Shown: positions 1-10,708 of the stretch, in pieces
Position numbering within the stretch: the stretch's first letter is position 1
How the letters are laid out: each line of letters starts with the position of its first letter
From: Lama guanicoe
Taxonomy: Eukaryota
Length of the DNA: 46,917 nucleotides
Assembly (NCBI GenBank): GCA_013239625.1
Contig: MU053758.1
Span: forward strand, 3,891,490 to 3,938,406
Reading direction: 5' to 3'
Notes under the pieces: generated by a model
Told to the model about the DNA's origin: nothing
Database searches by the model: none
Seen by the model: the letters and a program-made list of their open reading frames with translations, nothing else
Made by a program: the position numbers and the translations under genes

Positions 1-47
1 CACTGAAAGGTGAGGGCAGGTGAAGGGGGAGCCCCTGGCTGGCTTAC

Positions 48-86
48 CCCGGGTCTGACGTCCCCTCTGGAGTCACCTCATAATTC
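48..86 (-). CDS. HAP1: Probable HAP1 39-nt exon (NYEVTPEGTSDPG); gene continues beyond the window
   Basis: ttttctctgttgaag| acceptor gives R-N-Y-E in frame after FME, as in recalled human FMERNYEM; GG|gtaagc donor; symmetric phase 2. Confidence 0.7.
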
Positions 87-392
87 CTTCAACAGAGAAA
101 AGGGCTTTCACTGTCAACAGAAGCTGAAAGTGCAAAGTCCCTGGGGCCTTGTCATGCAGGAAAACCCCAGGGAGAAATGATGGACCCAGACTGTGTGCAC
201 AGAGGAAAGACGTTGAGTGGAAGAGGCGGGAGGACCAACTAGGTGGGTGGAGGAGGCAGGAGGAGGGGCACCACGGGGGAAGGGAGGTCAGAGCCTGAGG
301 GCAAACCCTTCCCACCACCAGAAAGGCTGCTGCCCACCAGGCAGGCCAGGATGAGTGCAGGACTGGCAAGGGTCTGGGGACCGGGAGCACAC

Positions 393-484
393 CTTTCCAT
401 AAAAAACACAGGGTCTGAGATAATCCTCCTTAGAGATGTCCTGAGCTCCTCAGCCAGGGTCTCCTGGAAATCAGGAAGCACCTC
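393..484 (-). CDS. HAP1: HAP1 exon 10 (EVLPDFQETLAEELRTSLRRIISDPVFFMER)
   Basis: ccacctcag| acceptor and AG|gtgtgc donor; 92 nt, phase 0 to 2. Confidence 0.94.
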
Positions 485-621
485 CTGAGGTGGAGAGAGG
501 GGAACGTTACCAGAGGATCCCTGCAGAACCTTCCACCCTGCGTACATCTAGGCACAGGAGGGGACTGCGGGTAGACACAGGGCGCACAGAGGTTGAAAGG
601 CAGGCAGCCAGGGGGCCTCAC

Positions 622-756
622 CAGAGGTACAGTGTATGCGTAGCGGGTGACGGAGCCAGCGGGTGCCCGGGCTTGCTGGCGGGGGGTCTTCGCCTCCTCC
701 CGGGTCTCAATCAGCACGCCCCCGCACTCCGTGTACTTCTCCCGCAGGTCCTGCAG
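622..756 (-). CDS. HAP1: HAP1 exon 9, possibly alternative (LQDLREKYTECGGVLIETREEAKTPRQQARAPAGSVTRYAYTVPL)
   Basis: In-frame acceptor ttcccag| (exon starts 756) and |gtgagg donor; 135 nt, symmetric phase 0; the exact acceptor is uncertain (see findings). Confidence 0.8.
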
Positions 757-1060
757 CTGGGAACCCCCACAGGTTCTGCCAGGACCCAGGCACACCCAGC
801 CCAGACACCAGACCCACATAATGACATGCAGGGAGACCCTGGGCAGGACCCTGGCCTCCACCCCACTCAGACTCAAACTGAACAGCCACCTGCCAGGCCC
901 TGTGCCAGAGACAGAGGGGATGGAAAGGACAGACCCAGGTCCCACTGCAAGGAGCTCGTCCTCTCAGGAGAGTCAGGCAGCTGCCCAAGGACCCCGGCAC
1001 CCCACTGCTTGGGGCTGAGGGCTCTAAAGAGCCAGGCCAGGAGCCCAGGGGGTGCCTCAC

Positions 1061-1135
1061 CTGGTCCTGGAGCTGCATCTGGATTTCTTTCTCCGAAGCC
1101 AGCTGCTGCTGCAACTTCTCTGTCTCAGCCCCATA
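1061..1135 (-). CDS. HAP1: HAP1 exon 8 (YGAETEKLQQQLASEKEIQMQLQDQ)
   Basis: tctttccag| acceptor and |gtgagg donor; 75 nt, phase 0 to 0. Confidence 0.95.
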
Positions 1136-1525
1136 CTGGAAAGACCCAAGACCGGTGAACCCCCACCCCAGACCTCCCCATTCCCACGCACCCACTGCTT
1201 CTGGCAGGTCTTGTCAGGCATATCAGAGAGTCTTTGGTAGCCCTTTAAATAAGAAGTCATATGGAATGAGGTCAAAGAAGGTGGGGGAGTCATGTGGCCT
1301 GGTTCCTGGAACACTCTATGACTCTGGAATCAGTCCCCAACTTGGGATGAGGTGGCAGGATTAGGGGCTCTCTGAGGTCTCCTCCAACTCTGACCGGGAC
1401 ACAGAGAGGGGGCCTTGGGCCTCTGAGCCGAGAGCTCCATGGGGTGGGGGGAGGGAGAAGGGGGCGGGGTCCCCAGGGGCCATGGGACGGTGACAAGACG
1501 GAGCCCCGCTCACACCCCTACACAC

Positions 1526-1656
1526 CGACTGGCAGCGCTGCTGCAGCTTCATGACCTGGGTCCGCAGCTGGGCCATCTCCTTCTGCTGCTCCTCATAGTT
1601 CTCCATCCTGAGCGCCAGCACCTCTGACAGCTCAGCCATCTGCTGGCTGGCCTCCG
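1526..1656 (-). CDS. HAP1: HAP1 exon 7 (SEASQQMAELSEVLALRMENYEEQQKEMAQLRTQVMKLQQRCQS)
   Basis: ctccccag| acceptor and |gtgtgt donor; 131 nt, phase 1 to 0. Confidence 0.95.
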
Positions 1657-1794
1657 CTGGGGAGCAATGGGGAGGGGTCAGCCCTGGCTCCCCAGGCCCT
1701 CAGGCTCCCAGACGCCTCTGTCTGCCTGCACCCCTCAGCTCCCGCTGAGTACCCGAGGTTCCACAAGGCCTAGCATCCCTCACTTGGGTCTTCT

Positions 1795-2270
1795 TTTCAA
1801 TAAACGTTTATTGACTGACAGAGCCGGGTGCTAGGTGAGCAGTCGGCAAGACCTGACCCCAGCCCACACTGAGCTCAAGACTCATGCAAAGACTGAGGGA
1901 GAAAGAAATCACAATCGTGCACATTACGGGCTGGGATGCAGCGCACGTAAAGGGTGCACCGGGGGGTCACAGCTGCAGCAGCCAGACCAGCCTTCGCGGG
2001 GCAAATGGGGCTCTCAAGGCAGAAGGGAAGACAGGAGGGGTGTGGAGAGGCCCAGAGGCATCACAGGACAGAACGAAGGAGGGGCTGGGGCAGTGGGCAG
2101 GGCCCAGACCACTACGGCTGGGGTAGGGAGATGGAGACAGATCCTTCTGGCAAATGGGAAGTTATCTGGGGGTTTTAGGCAGAGAAGTGACACCATTAGA
2201 TTTGATTTTAGAAGACTCTTTTGGTCTGTGTGCAGAAGGGCCTGGAAGGGGAAGAGTGGGGATGGGGAGA
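1795..2270 (-). mobile_element. Old L2-like LINE fragment
   Basis: ttcaataaacgtttattga...gtgctagg and the downstream agatttgattttagaag...ctctttggtctgtgtg resemble the L2 3' end; boundaries approximate. Confidence 0.5.
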
Positions 2271-2955
2271 CCAGCGGAGAGGCAGCTGGGGTGGGGAAGA
2301 CAGAAGAGACTTGAGCCTTTCCTATGCTTTCCCCCCATTCCTAGGAAGTAGAAGTGACAGAATAGGGGAACTGGCGCCTACTCCAGGGGCCTGGGACCAG
2401 GGAAGGGTGGGGGTAAGGGGATTCAGGGAAGCCAGGGGTAAGGAAGGCCAGGCTGGGGGTTCAGCTGTTGCCACCTAGAGTCTGCACCTCCCCAGCTAGG
2501 CCCGGGCATCTCAGGGACCAACACTGTGCCTCGCCCATCTTTATAAACGCAGTGCCGCACAGCCACTGCCTAATATATGACTCTGAACTGCCCCAGTCCC
2601 AGTGCCCCGGACTGCCTGGTCTCTAGCAGCTCATGGCTCCCTCCCTTCCTCGCTTCTAGTCCCCTCCTTGCCCCTCCCCCAAAACAAAAGAAGACAAGCT
2701 TAGAGGAGCCCCACAGCTTCTGTACAGCTCACTACAGTTTGCACAAAGCCATAACCCCTGGAGAGGTCAGCAGCACCAAGATCATTCACTCCCCTTCTAA
2801 AGATGAAGGTTCAGAGAGGTCAAGGAAATTGGCCAAGCTCACACAGCTGGGAAGTGCCAGAGCTGTGACTTGAACGCAAGTCTCCAGGAGAGTCCGGGGT
2901 CCTTCACTCTGCTCCTTGGGACAGCCCCCTCCCCCCAGGTCACAAGTTCACGTAC

Positions 2956-3022
2956 AAAACTGCTCCACACAATCCAGGATGAGCATCTGCTCCTCTTCCT
3001 CCAGGTAGTCGAGCTGAGAGGC
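2956..3022 (-). CDS. HAP1: HAP1 exon 6 (ASQLDYLEEEEQMLILDCVEQF)
   Basis: Translated by hand; ccctccag| acceptor and |gtacgt donor; 67 nt, phase 0 to 1. Confidence 0.93.
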
Positions 3023-3106
3023 CTGGAGGGAGGGAAAGAGGAAGGGGCAGGGGAGTCAACACCCCCTGTCCTGCACACAGGGCGCGGCCCTCTTTCCCAT
3101 CCGCAC

Positions 3107-3209
3107 CTCCTCTCTCAGCTGCTCATTCTCCTCCTCCAGCAGCCTCAGCTGCTCCTGCAGCGCTTCCAGCTGTGGGCAGCGGTGCGACTCCCGCTCCGGC
3201 TGGGCAGTC
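3107..3209 (-). CDS. HAP1: HAP1 exon 5 (TAQPERESHRCPQLEALQEQLRLLEEENEQLREE)
   Basis: Translated by hand (not in the ORF track); cccctag| acceptor and |gtgcgg donor; 103 nt, phase 2 to 0. Confidence 0.93.
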
Positions 3210-3423
3210 CTAGGGGAGGGAGCAATGGCAGTCACAGTTCAGGGGCTTAGGGACCCAGTTCCCAGCCCACCCAGGGTTTTCCCCTACTCCCGGGCTGAGT
3301 GTGATGGTCTCAATTAGCCCCAGCAACCCTGCTGGTAAGTACACCGCGTTCCACTTTGCAAACACGGAAACAGAGGCTCCAAGAAGGGAAGGGGCCGCCC
3401 AGGTGCAAAGGCAGGACACTTAC

Positions 3424-3635
3424 GGCTCAGGGGTTTCGTAGGGATGGTCAGGCTGCTGCTCCTCCTCTTCCTCTTCTTCCTCATAGTCCTCCCCTTCCTC
3501 CTCTTCCTCTACCTCTTCTTCCTCTTCTTCTTCATCTTCATCCTCCTCCTCCTCCTCCTCATCATCATCATCAGAGTCTGAGTAAAGCTGAAGGAGGTCA
3601 TCCCGCAGGCTCACCTGGTGTCTGAGATGTGAAAT
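3424..3635 (-). CDS. HAP1: HAP1 exon 4 (ISHLRHQVSLRDDLLQLYSDS + acidic tract + QQPDHPYETPEP)
   Basis: ccttgccag| acceptor and |gtaagt donor; 212 nt, phase 0 to 2. Confidence 0.94.
3459..3572 (-). repeat. Coding GAG/GAA/GAT low-complexity tract (38 codons, 35 Asp/Glu)
   Basis: Read directly: DDDDEEEEEEDEDEEEEEEEVEEEEEGEDYEEEEEEEE. Confidence 0.95.
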
Positions 3636-3756
3636 CTGGCAAGGGGAGGAGGAGTCCTGGGTCGTGGTGCCGGCAGGGGCAGGCATGGGTCCTGGCACAA
3701 GCAGGACGGAGGCAGGCCTGAGATACACCCATCCCCGATCCTTCCCGCCCAGTTAC

Positions 3757-3873
3757 CTCCTCCCTGGCCGAGCCCAGCATGGCTTCCAGCTTGCTGTTCT
3801 CCTCCATCAGAACACTGTTCTGTTGCACCAGGGACTGGCCAACGTGAGCTGCCATGTTCAGGTGTCGCTCTCT
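3757..3873 (-). CDS. HAP1: HAP1 exon 3 (RERHLNMAAHVGQSLVQQNSVLMEENSKLEAMLGSAREE)
   Basis: tctgcag| acceptor and |gtaact donor; 117 nt, phase 0 to 0; HAP1_N coiled coil. Confidence 0.92.
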
Positions 3874-4257
3874 CTGCAGAGGGACCCCCACCCATGGGGA
3901 ATACATTCCAGGTTTCTGGGATCTCCGAGACAGGTGGGAGAAGCAAGGGGTTGGAGGGAAGCTAGGCCACTAGAGGAACCCTCCCATCCCCTAGTTCTCT
4001 AGGGTACTAGACAAGAGCCTGCCATGAACCCTGCCTGACTCAGTTTCCCCCAATGGAAAAAGAGCAGATCGGACCAGATGGCTCTAAGAGCTCTTCCAGC
4101 CTGGACATCCCACATCTACCTGCCTTCCATAAGCAGTACCCTCAGCTTAGCCCCAGAGAGGTAGCCAAGGAGGAAGCCTCCTACCCCCGCGGGACAGAAT
4201 TCGAACGGGGGCCTGGCTGAGGCTGGGACTGGCCCGGATAGGGAAGGCAGCACACAC

Positions 4258-4337
4258 CTCCTCTAGCAAACTTAACATCACTTTGACATCCTCTTGGGTG
4301 ATCTTCTTGACTGGCGGTGGTGCGACAGGACACAGCG
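4258..4337 (-). CDS. HAP1: HAP1 exon 2 (ALCPVAPPPVKKITQEDVKVMLSLLEE)
   Basis: ctctcacag| acceptor and |gtgtgt donor; 80 nt, phase 1 to 0; start of the HAP1_N (Milton/TRAK family) region. Confidence 0.95.
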
Positions 4338-5344
4338 CTGTGAGAGAAAAGTGGGCAGCAGGGTCAGGTAAAATGGGGCATACGCTAACCCACACCCTAC
4401 TGTTTCCTGCCCTCAACAGCAAAGGTCAGCCACAAGGGAGAAGATGACTGAGCTCCCTCTCTGCCCGCAACATCCCCTCCATACCCTCAGAGTATTCAGC
4501 ACTCTCTTCCCTGCTCCCAGGGCCAACTTAACTTTTTTTTGCCCTCTAAGATGGTGTGGATAAGGTAAGGAGATCACAGTGCTACACATTCAGGTGGAAC
4601 CCAGCTCTCAGACGCCTGGGTCCCTGGAACCTCGGAAGATGGAGGTGGCTAGCGGAAGTACAGCACCGACTGACTCATCACCCCTTCCCCAGAGGGCAGC
4701 CTTGGCCGGCTCATGGGAGCCTCATGGATCATAAAAACAAACGCAGTCACCCACCCTGCACCTGTTGCGCATGGAAAGGAGAGGAGAAGACTTCCCCAGC
4801 ACTGGAGTAGGAGGCATCTGAGCATCTAGACCCAAGCCAGAGATCTCCAGAGACCCAGGAGAGGGTCAGAGGGAAGAGGAGAGGCAGCATCTGCCTGAGA
4901 GTCCGCCTACCCCCAGGATTGAGGGGAAAGCGCGGTCTTAACCCCGGCATTCAGAAGATTGGCAAAACCTCCCCCTTCTGCCCACCCCCGCCCCGGTTGC
5001 TTGCGCACCAGGCCAGCGCAGGCTCAGAGTGCACCCGGCAGCGCCCTCCCGCAGCCCCCCGCCCCTCTCCTGGCACTGCGGTAGCCCCGGGAGGGGGGCA
5101 CTGAGACTGCGCAGATCTGCCGCAGCAACAGGCGCGAAGACGGGGGCGGGGGAGCGCGCGGTCCCCGGGACCCTACGCACTGAAATCAGGGAACGACAGA
5201 AGGGGAGGAGGTTATGGGGACGGGATGACAGGACAGACACCGCAGACTGTGACAGTGGACAGGGCTCCTGGACCCGACGGGCCCCCCTCCTCCCTGGAGC
5301 TGCCCTAGTCCCATCCGCTCCAGGAGCCCGGGGACTTAGTTTAC

Positions 5345-5822
5345 CTTCCTTAAGCTCCCGAAGAAGGGCGATGCGCTCGGGGCCAGACACCGCAGACCGC
5401 CGGCCGAGGTAGTCAGCCGACGTCTTCCAAATGCCCGCCGCCTTTCCAGTCCCCAGGCCAGTGGCGCGGGGATCAAAGGGCCCTTGGCATTTGAAGCGGG
5501 TCCGCTGCGCGTCCGAGTTGTCGGGCACAGACTGAGCATTTCCCTGGACCGCCGAGAATGCGGACGCGCCCTGGGCTCCTGCCTCCGATCGAGCCTCAGA
5601 GGCTGAGCGAGCTCCCACCTGGGGTCCCGAGACGGATGTGGATCCAGATCCAGCTCCCTGTCCAGCCGCAGGTGCCTGCGCAGAAGTGGGTTCAGAGTCG
5701 GCAGAGGGCTCTGGAGTGGGGTTGGCTGCGGGCGGAGGAACCGGGGTAACTGCTGCGGGATCCCCGTGTCCCGGCCTGTCCCTGTCCCCGGGGCAGCCCT
5801 GCCCCGACTCTTTCGGGCGCAT
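5345..5822 (-). CDS. HAP1: HAP1 coding exon 1 (MRPKESGQG...LLRELKE)
   Basis: ATG at 5822 just downstream of a TATA box; translation resembles the HAP1 N-terminus (FKCQGPFDPRATGLGTGKAAGIWKT); ends at G|GTAAAC donor; 478 nt, phase 1, in frame with the next exon. Confidence 0.93.
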
Positions 5823-5855
5823 TTTGAGTCCGCAGTCGCCTGCCGCAGCCCGGCC

Positions 5856-5862
5856 TTTATAA
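5856..5862 (-). promoter_or_regulatory. HAP1 TATA box (TTATAAA)
   Basis: Isolated AT motif in a GC-rich tract about 34 nt upstream of the ATG, with GC-box-like sequence upstream (5880-5915). Confidence 0.75.
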
Positions 5863-7777
5863 CCTGTGCCTGGATGCGCGCCCGCCGGGCCGTACCACGC
5901 GCGGGAGGGGGCGGCCGTGGAGCAACTGGTGGTGCCCGGGAGAGGGGGTCGCGCATGGGGGCTAGCTAATGGGGTCGGAACAGAGCGCAAAAGGAAGCAA
6001 AGAGCAAGGAGAAGAAGCGAGTGGACGTTCCAGCTGGTTCCGCGGGTTTGGACTCCTAGTGCTGCGCTTCTCTCCCCTTCTCCACCTCCGGAGAATGGTT
6101 TTGCCCAAAGTCGCCGCTTCTCGGGGATTCGGGGGCAGAAACTCCGAGGTCCCTAACTGGGGGCCACCCCCTCGCTCCGCTTTAGCCCGGAGCTTTCTGG
6201 CTGCCTTTCCTGGATCTGGCTTGTGAGTTGGGGCCGTATTGAGCCTTTCCCCGTTAACCGGGAGGTAAATCCAAACTCCCGCACGGTCTCCCCACACTGC
6301 CCAGTCTGGCGCGTCACACACTGATCCTCGCGCTCACACCCCCAGTTCTCGAGCCTCTCAACAGCTCCCTTTCTTATTTCTTAGTTGGTCGTAATTGCCT
6401 TTCCTCGTGCTTTACCTCTGCCCTCGCTCACTTTGCCTACCTCCTTCCACGCTGGCAAACACCTGTTCTACCGGGAGACCCCGCTTAAGTGTCTCCGCGT
6501 TAGGACTCCTCCGACCCCGTCCTCACAGGCCCCAGGGCATCCTTTATGCGATGGCTGCAGTGGTCAGACTGTGACTCTCTCCAGGACCAGACCTGCGCCA
6601 CTTCAGCGCAGGAAGCGTGTCCTTTAGGGCGCAGCAAGGGACGGGACACATACGAGACTGAATGAATGAACTGTGGGGCAGCAAAAGAGTCCAGTGGATA
6701 TGTCTATGCCTTTGGACCAGAGGACCCTACAGGCCAAAAAGAGATGGCTGCGGCTCTGATTCTTTTAAAGCCTTAGGATCATTCTTGGTGCCCCGTTTCC
6801 TTCTTTTCAATATCGTCAATTAACAAATCCTACTTAATTTGCCTGCTAAATGTTTCTCAAATGTGCCATCTCCTCTTCATCCCCTCTGTTGTTGAGGCCT
6901 CATTCTCTCTTCTAGATTATTGTGATTCTATCCCCCATTCAACCCCATCCACAAGAATCCATCTCTAGCCCATCCTGTCACTCATATTCCTATCCTAGCT
7001 GAGGAATTCAGGAGCGCCTTCCCTAAGCCACTGCACCAAGCCAGAGCCCAGGACAGAGGCTATGCCCAAGTTCTGCACCTGGAACAGAGGCTGTTAGTGC
7101 TCACAACGTGCTTTGGACACCAAATGTCCATGACACAGTCTGAAACAAGAGATACAACCCAGAAAGAGGGCTCAGAGCACCCGTCCACCACCACCAGCTC
7201 TCCAGTGGAAAATCATTGTGACTAGAGTATTTCCTTCTGTCTGGGTCCATTCATTCATGTGACAAACATTTCTTGAGCCCCTGCTATTATACTAGGTACA
7301 GTGCTAGGCTCTCAGGCGAGGGCAGGGATCAAGAGAAACTAGATCACTGCTCTCCTGGAGTTTAGAGTCTAGAAGGAGAAGGCAGATAAACAAGAAAACA
7401 AGTAAGGTAATGACAGAGTGTGGGGAGCCCTCTGAAAGAAACAAACAAGGAGCTCTGATGGAGAAAAAATGGAAAGTACCTATGTGACAGGGTGGTCTGG
7501 GTGGGTAGGGGAGGAGAAATCATTCATTGCACAGGATTTTGCATCTCAGCCTACACCCCCACCTCACACAGCCCACTCATGCCCTCCCCCCTCAGATGAC
7601 AGCCTCTCTCCTCAGGTGCCTGTGTTTCTCACTCCTGATTGGTAAGTGAACCCTGGTGCCGATTCACCTCCCCTTCCCCAAATCCAGCAGCCCCACAGGG
7701 ATTCATCTGCCAGTTCATCAAAGAAGCAGCCCTGGCCCCTCATTATGTTGTTTCTGAAACAGTGACTCAAAATGCAC

Positions 7778-7870
7778 CGGGGGTGGTGAGTGGGTATAAC
7801 TTAATGGTAGAGCGCATGCTTAGCATGCAGGAGGTCCTCAGTTCAATCCCCAGTACCTCCGTTTAAAAAA
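7778..7870 (+). mobile_element. tRNA-derived SINE (Vic-1-like)
   Basis: Pol III A/B-box-like head (taatggtagagc...gttcaatccc), A tail, target site duplication aaaatgcac at 7769-7777 and 7871-7879. Confidence 0.88.
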
Positions 7871-8194
7871 AAAATGCACTCCCCTTATTGGGAAGTAAAA
7901 AGTGGTTCCCCTGAGGAATTCAGGCCCCTCCCAACCCTCGCCCACCTAGCCCCTGCTCACTCTTCCTCTCCTCTCTTCTCAACCAGATTCCAGGGCACTT
8001 CTGCCAAGTTTTTAAAGGTCACTCAGGCCAGAGGCTTTGGATAAGAAGATGGAACATCTGAGATCCACAGCTGCCTTCTCTGCTTTTCACCTGCTGTATC
8101 TTTGATGGTTATAATCTTAGGAACCTTAATATTTGTTGACTTCATCTCTTCTTTCATCTCAGCTCTTCTCATCCCCCTAAATTAACTTCTACTC

Positions 8195-8745
8195 TATTCG
8201 CTCAACAAACATTTATTAAGTAGTTTGTGCCAGGCATTGTGACAGGTGTTGGGGACATATCAATGAAACAAAGCAGACAAAGATCTTTGCCCATGTAGGG
8301 CCCACAGGCAATGGGGAGCTACCAAAAATAAACAAAGAAGTCCATCACATAGTATATTCGATGTGACAAAGGCTGGGGGAAAAAAGCAAGCAGAAGGGCC
8401 TGGGGGGTGGGCTGTCGGTTGCAAGTTTAAATATTAGGGTGATCAGGAAATATCTCACTGAAGAGTCACTTAAGTCCAGAGCAGAGGGATGGAGGGAGCC
8501 AGGGAGAATATTCACTGACAGAGGGCGAGAAGCAGCAACAGCAAATGCAAAGACTAAAGAAAGAGGTCGCAGTGGCTAAAATGGCATGAGCGAAGGGGGT
8601 TGTAGGTGATGGAGGCAGAAAAGTAACAGCAGAGCCCGATGGAACTTATTTGAATCAGGGGAGGGCTTACATCAGAGGAATGATGAGCTCTGACTTAAGT
8701 TTTAACAGGAAGGCTCTGGCTGTTCGGCTGGGACTAGGCAGACAG
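8195..8745 (-). mobile_element. Old L2-like LINE fragment
   Basis: ctcaacaaacatttattaag...tgtgccaggcattgt 3'-end signature; boundaries approximate. Confidence 0.55.
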
Positions 8746-8752
8746 TAGAGGG

Positions 8753-9110
8753 TGTCTTAGCCCGTTCTGATTGCTCTAACAAAATACCAGAGCCTGGGTG
8801 GCTTAGGAACAACAGAAATTTATTTCTCGGAGTTTCGTAGGTTGGAAGTCGAAGATTAAGGTGTCTGCTGAGAGTTCCTGTTCCTGGTTCACAAAGAGCC
8901 CTCTTATCTTCTCACCGAGTCCTCACGTGATGGAAGGAGTGAAGGAGGTCTCTGGGGTCTCTTATAAGGCCGCAATTCTCATTCATGAGGGTTCCAACCT
9001 CCTGACATTACCACCTCCCACAAGCTCCTCCTCCTAATCCTATCACATTGGGGGTAAGTTTTGACATACGAATCGTAGAGGGAGGGAGGGGACAAAATAG
9101 TCTGTGATAA
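8753..9110 (-). mobile_element. MaLR solo LTR (MLT1A-like)
   Basis: tgtcttag...taacaaaataccag...ctgggtggctta...aacaacagaaatttatttctc matches the recalled reverse-complement MLT1 3' end. Confidence 0.75.
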
Positions 9111-9129
9111 CCCTATCACTCTTCTAAAA

Positions 9130-9445
9130 AATTAACAGCTTTATTGAGATAAAATTCACATACTATAAAATTCACCGTTTAAAAGTGTCCAGTTAGTGGT
9201 TTTAGTATATTCACAGAGCTGTGCAACCATCACATCTATCTAATTTCAGAACATTTTCATCACCCCAGAATGAAACCCCATACCCATCAGTAGTCATTCC
9301 CCCTTCCCCTCTCCCCCAGGCTCCTGGAAACCACTAATCTACCTCTGTCTCTATGGATTGCCTATTCTGGACACTTCACATAAATGGAATCATAATACAT
9401 GGCCTTTGTGTCTGGCTTCTTTCACGTAGCATAATTTTTTCAAGG
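9130..9445 (-). mobile_element. Old L1 (L1MB-like) 3' end fragment
   Basis: acagctttattgagataaaattcacatac...gtgcaaccatcac...ctattctggacacttcacataaatggaatc. Confidence 0.75.
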
Positions 9446-9621
9446 TTTACAGCAAAACTCAGCAGAAAGTGGAGGTCCCTATATATCCTTTGCTCTCACA
9501 CATGCATAGCTTCCCCCATTATCATCTCCCCTCAGAGTGGTACCCTAATCTTTCAGAGGTGGATACTGGCTTTTGTATATAAAATGATGTCTGAGATTTG
9601 CTTCAAAATAACACTGAAACA

Positions 9622-9708
9622 GGGAGGAGGGTATAGCTCAGTGGTAGAGTGCATGCTTAGCATGCACGAGGTCCTGGGTTCAATCCTCAGTACCTCCATG
9701 AAAAAAAC
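9622..9708 (+). mobile_element. tRNA-derived SINE (Vic-1-like)
   Basis: gggtatagctcagtggtagagtgcatgcttagcatgcacgaggtcctgggttcaatcc, A tail, flanking repeat aataacactg at 9607-9616 and 9709-9718. Confidence 0.9.
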
Positions 9709-10708
9709 AATAACACTGGAAGGGGAAGCAGTTGGGGGCAGAGATGAAACAATGTTGGCCATGAGTTGGTGACTGTCATTGTAGGGGATCGTAATACTGT
9801 GCTCTCTTGCTCAGGTATTTTTTAAGTTCTCCAATATAAAATCTTACCTTTAACATCGTAATGCACAGACACATATTAGCCCCCTGATAATTCCCTATCC
9901 TCTACAAAAAGGGCCAAAAATCAGTTGTCAGCATCTCTCCTGCTTTGTCGCCCCAAATATTCCAATCTTACGTACTTTTACTGTCAGGGTGGCCACCAAC
10001 TTTTGGGCAGCACATTCAAGCTCTTCTTATTTGGGGCTCCCATCTCACCCACCTGCACCCTTGCCATCCCCTAACATCCCTTCCACTCCAGCCACACGGG
10101 ACTTCTACCCACTCTTGGGACCAGTCGTACTTTCATTCATTCATTTGACAGGTCTTTACTGAACCCTTTCTAAGGGCCTGGTACTGTTCTAGGTACTGAG
10201 GATACAGCGATGAACAAGACAAACTCCTCCTCTTAGGAACTTCTGCTCTAGTGAAAGCAGACAAGGTATCACCACCTATAATGTCACATGGTGACACCAC
10301 CTAGGATATCCTGCGGTGATACATTGTGGGAAAGAAAGAGAGCCAAGTAAGAGAAGGACGAACAGATGCTACTGTTTCAGAAAGGGCGCAGCTCCGTCGA
10401 GTGGCTGCCCCAGCACTCTCTCCAGCCACCAGCTTCCTGGACAGTCTCACTGTCTTGGACATCTCTTCATCTCCAACACCAAGCACAGAACAGAATATAC
10501 AGTAGGGGCCCATTCAATTTTTGATGAATAGGTGTTTGCTGAATTGAATTATCCCTGCCTTTGAGAATGCAGCCCTGAGGTCCCTGGGAAGTTTCAGGTG
10601 AAGAAGGAGGAAGTGAAACGGAGAAGACAGAGATGAAGGGGACCCTGCAGGCTTCCAGGTGACTGCATCTTCTAGGTCCCAGCACAGGTGCTGGCAACTC
10701 TCGCTGCA

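Larger units (their letters stand above)
4980..6330. promoter_or_regulatory. CpG island over HAP1 promoter and exon 1
   Basis: Visibly high GC content and CpG density; boundaries approximate. Confidence 0.8.

Noticed and set aside
490..1158. Plus-strand ORFs overlapping HAP1 exons (similarly JUP exons, e.g. 24673-25233 and 27402-27782)
   Set aside because: Antisense shadows of GC3-rich coding exons.
4938..5990. 350-aa ORF as a single-exon gene or N-terminally extended HAP1
   Set aside because: It starts at a non-ATG codon upstream of the TATA box and reads through the exon 1 donor; only 5345-5822 fits the spliced HAP1 model.
4495..6620. RE1/REST site near the neuronal HAP1 promoter
   Set aside because: Only left half-site fragments (ttcagc...) were seen; no convincing full RE1.
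9622..9700. tRNA genes (also near 7790, 12760, 21080, 22431, 40860)
   Set aside because: A-rich tails, TSDs and diverged stems show they are tRNA-derived SINEs.
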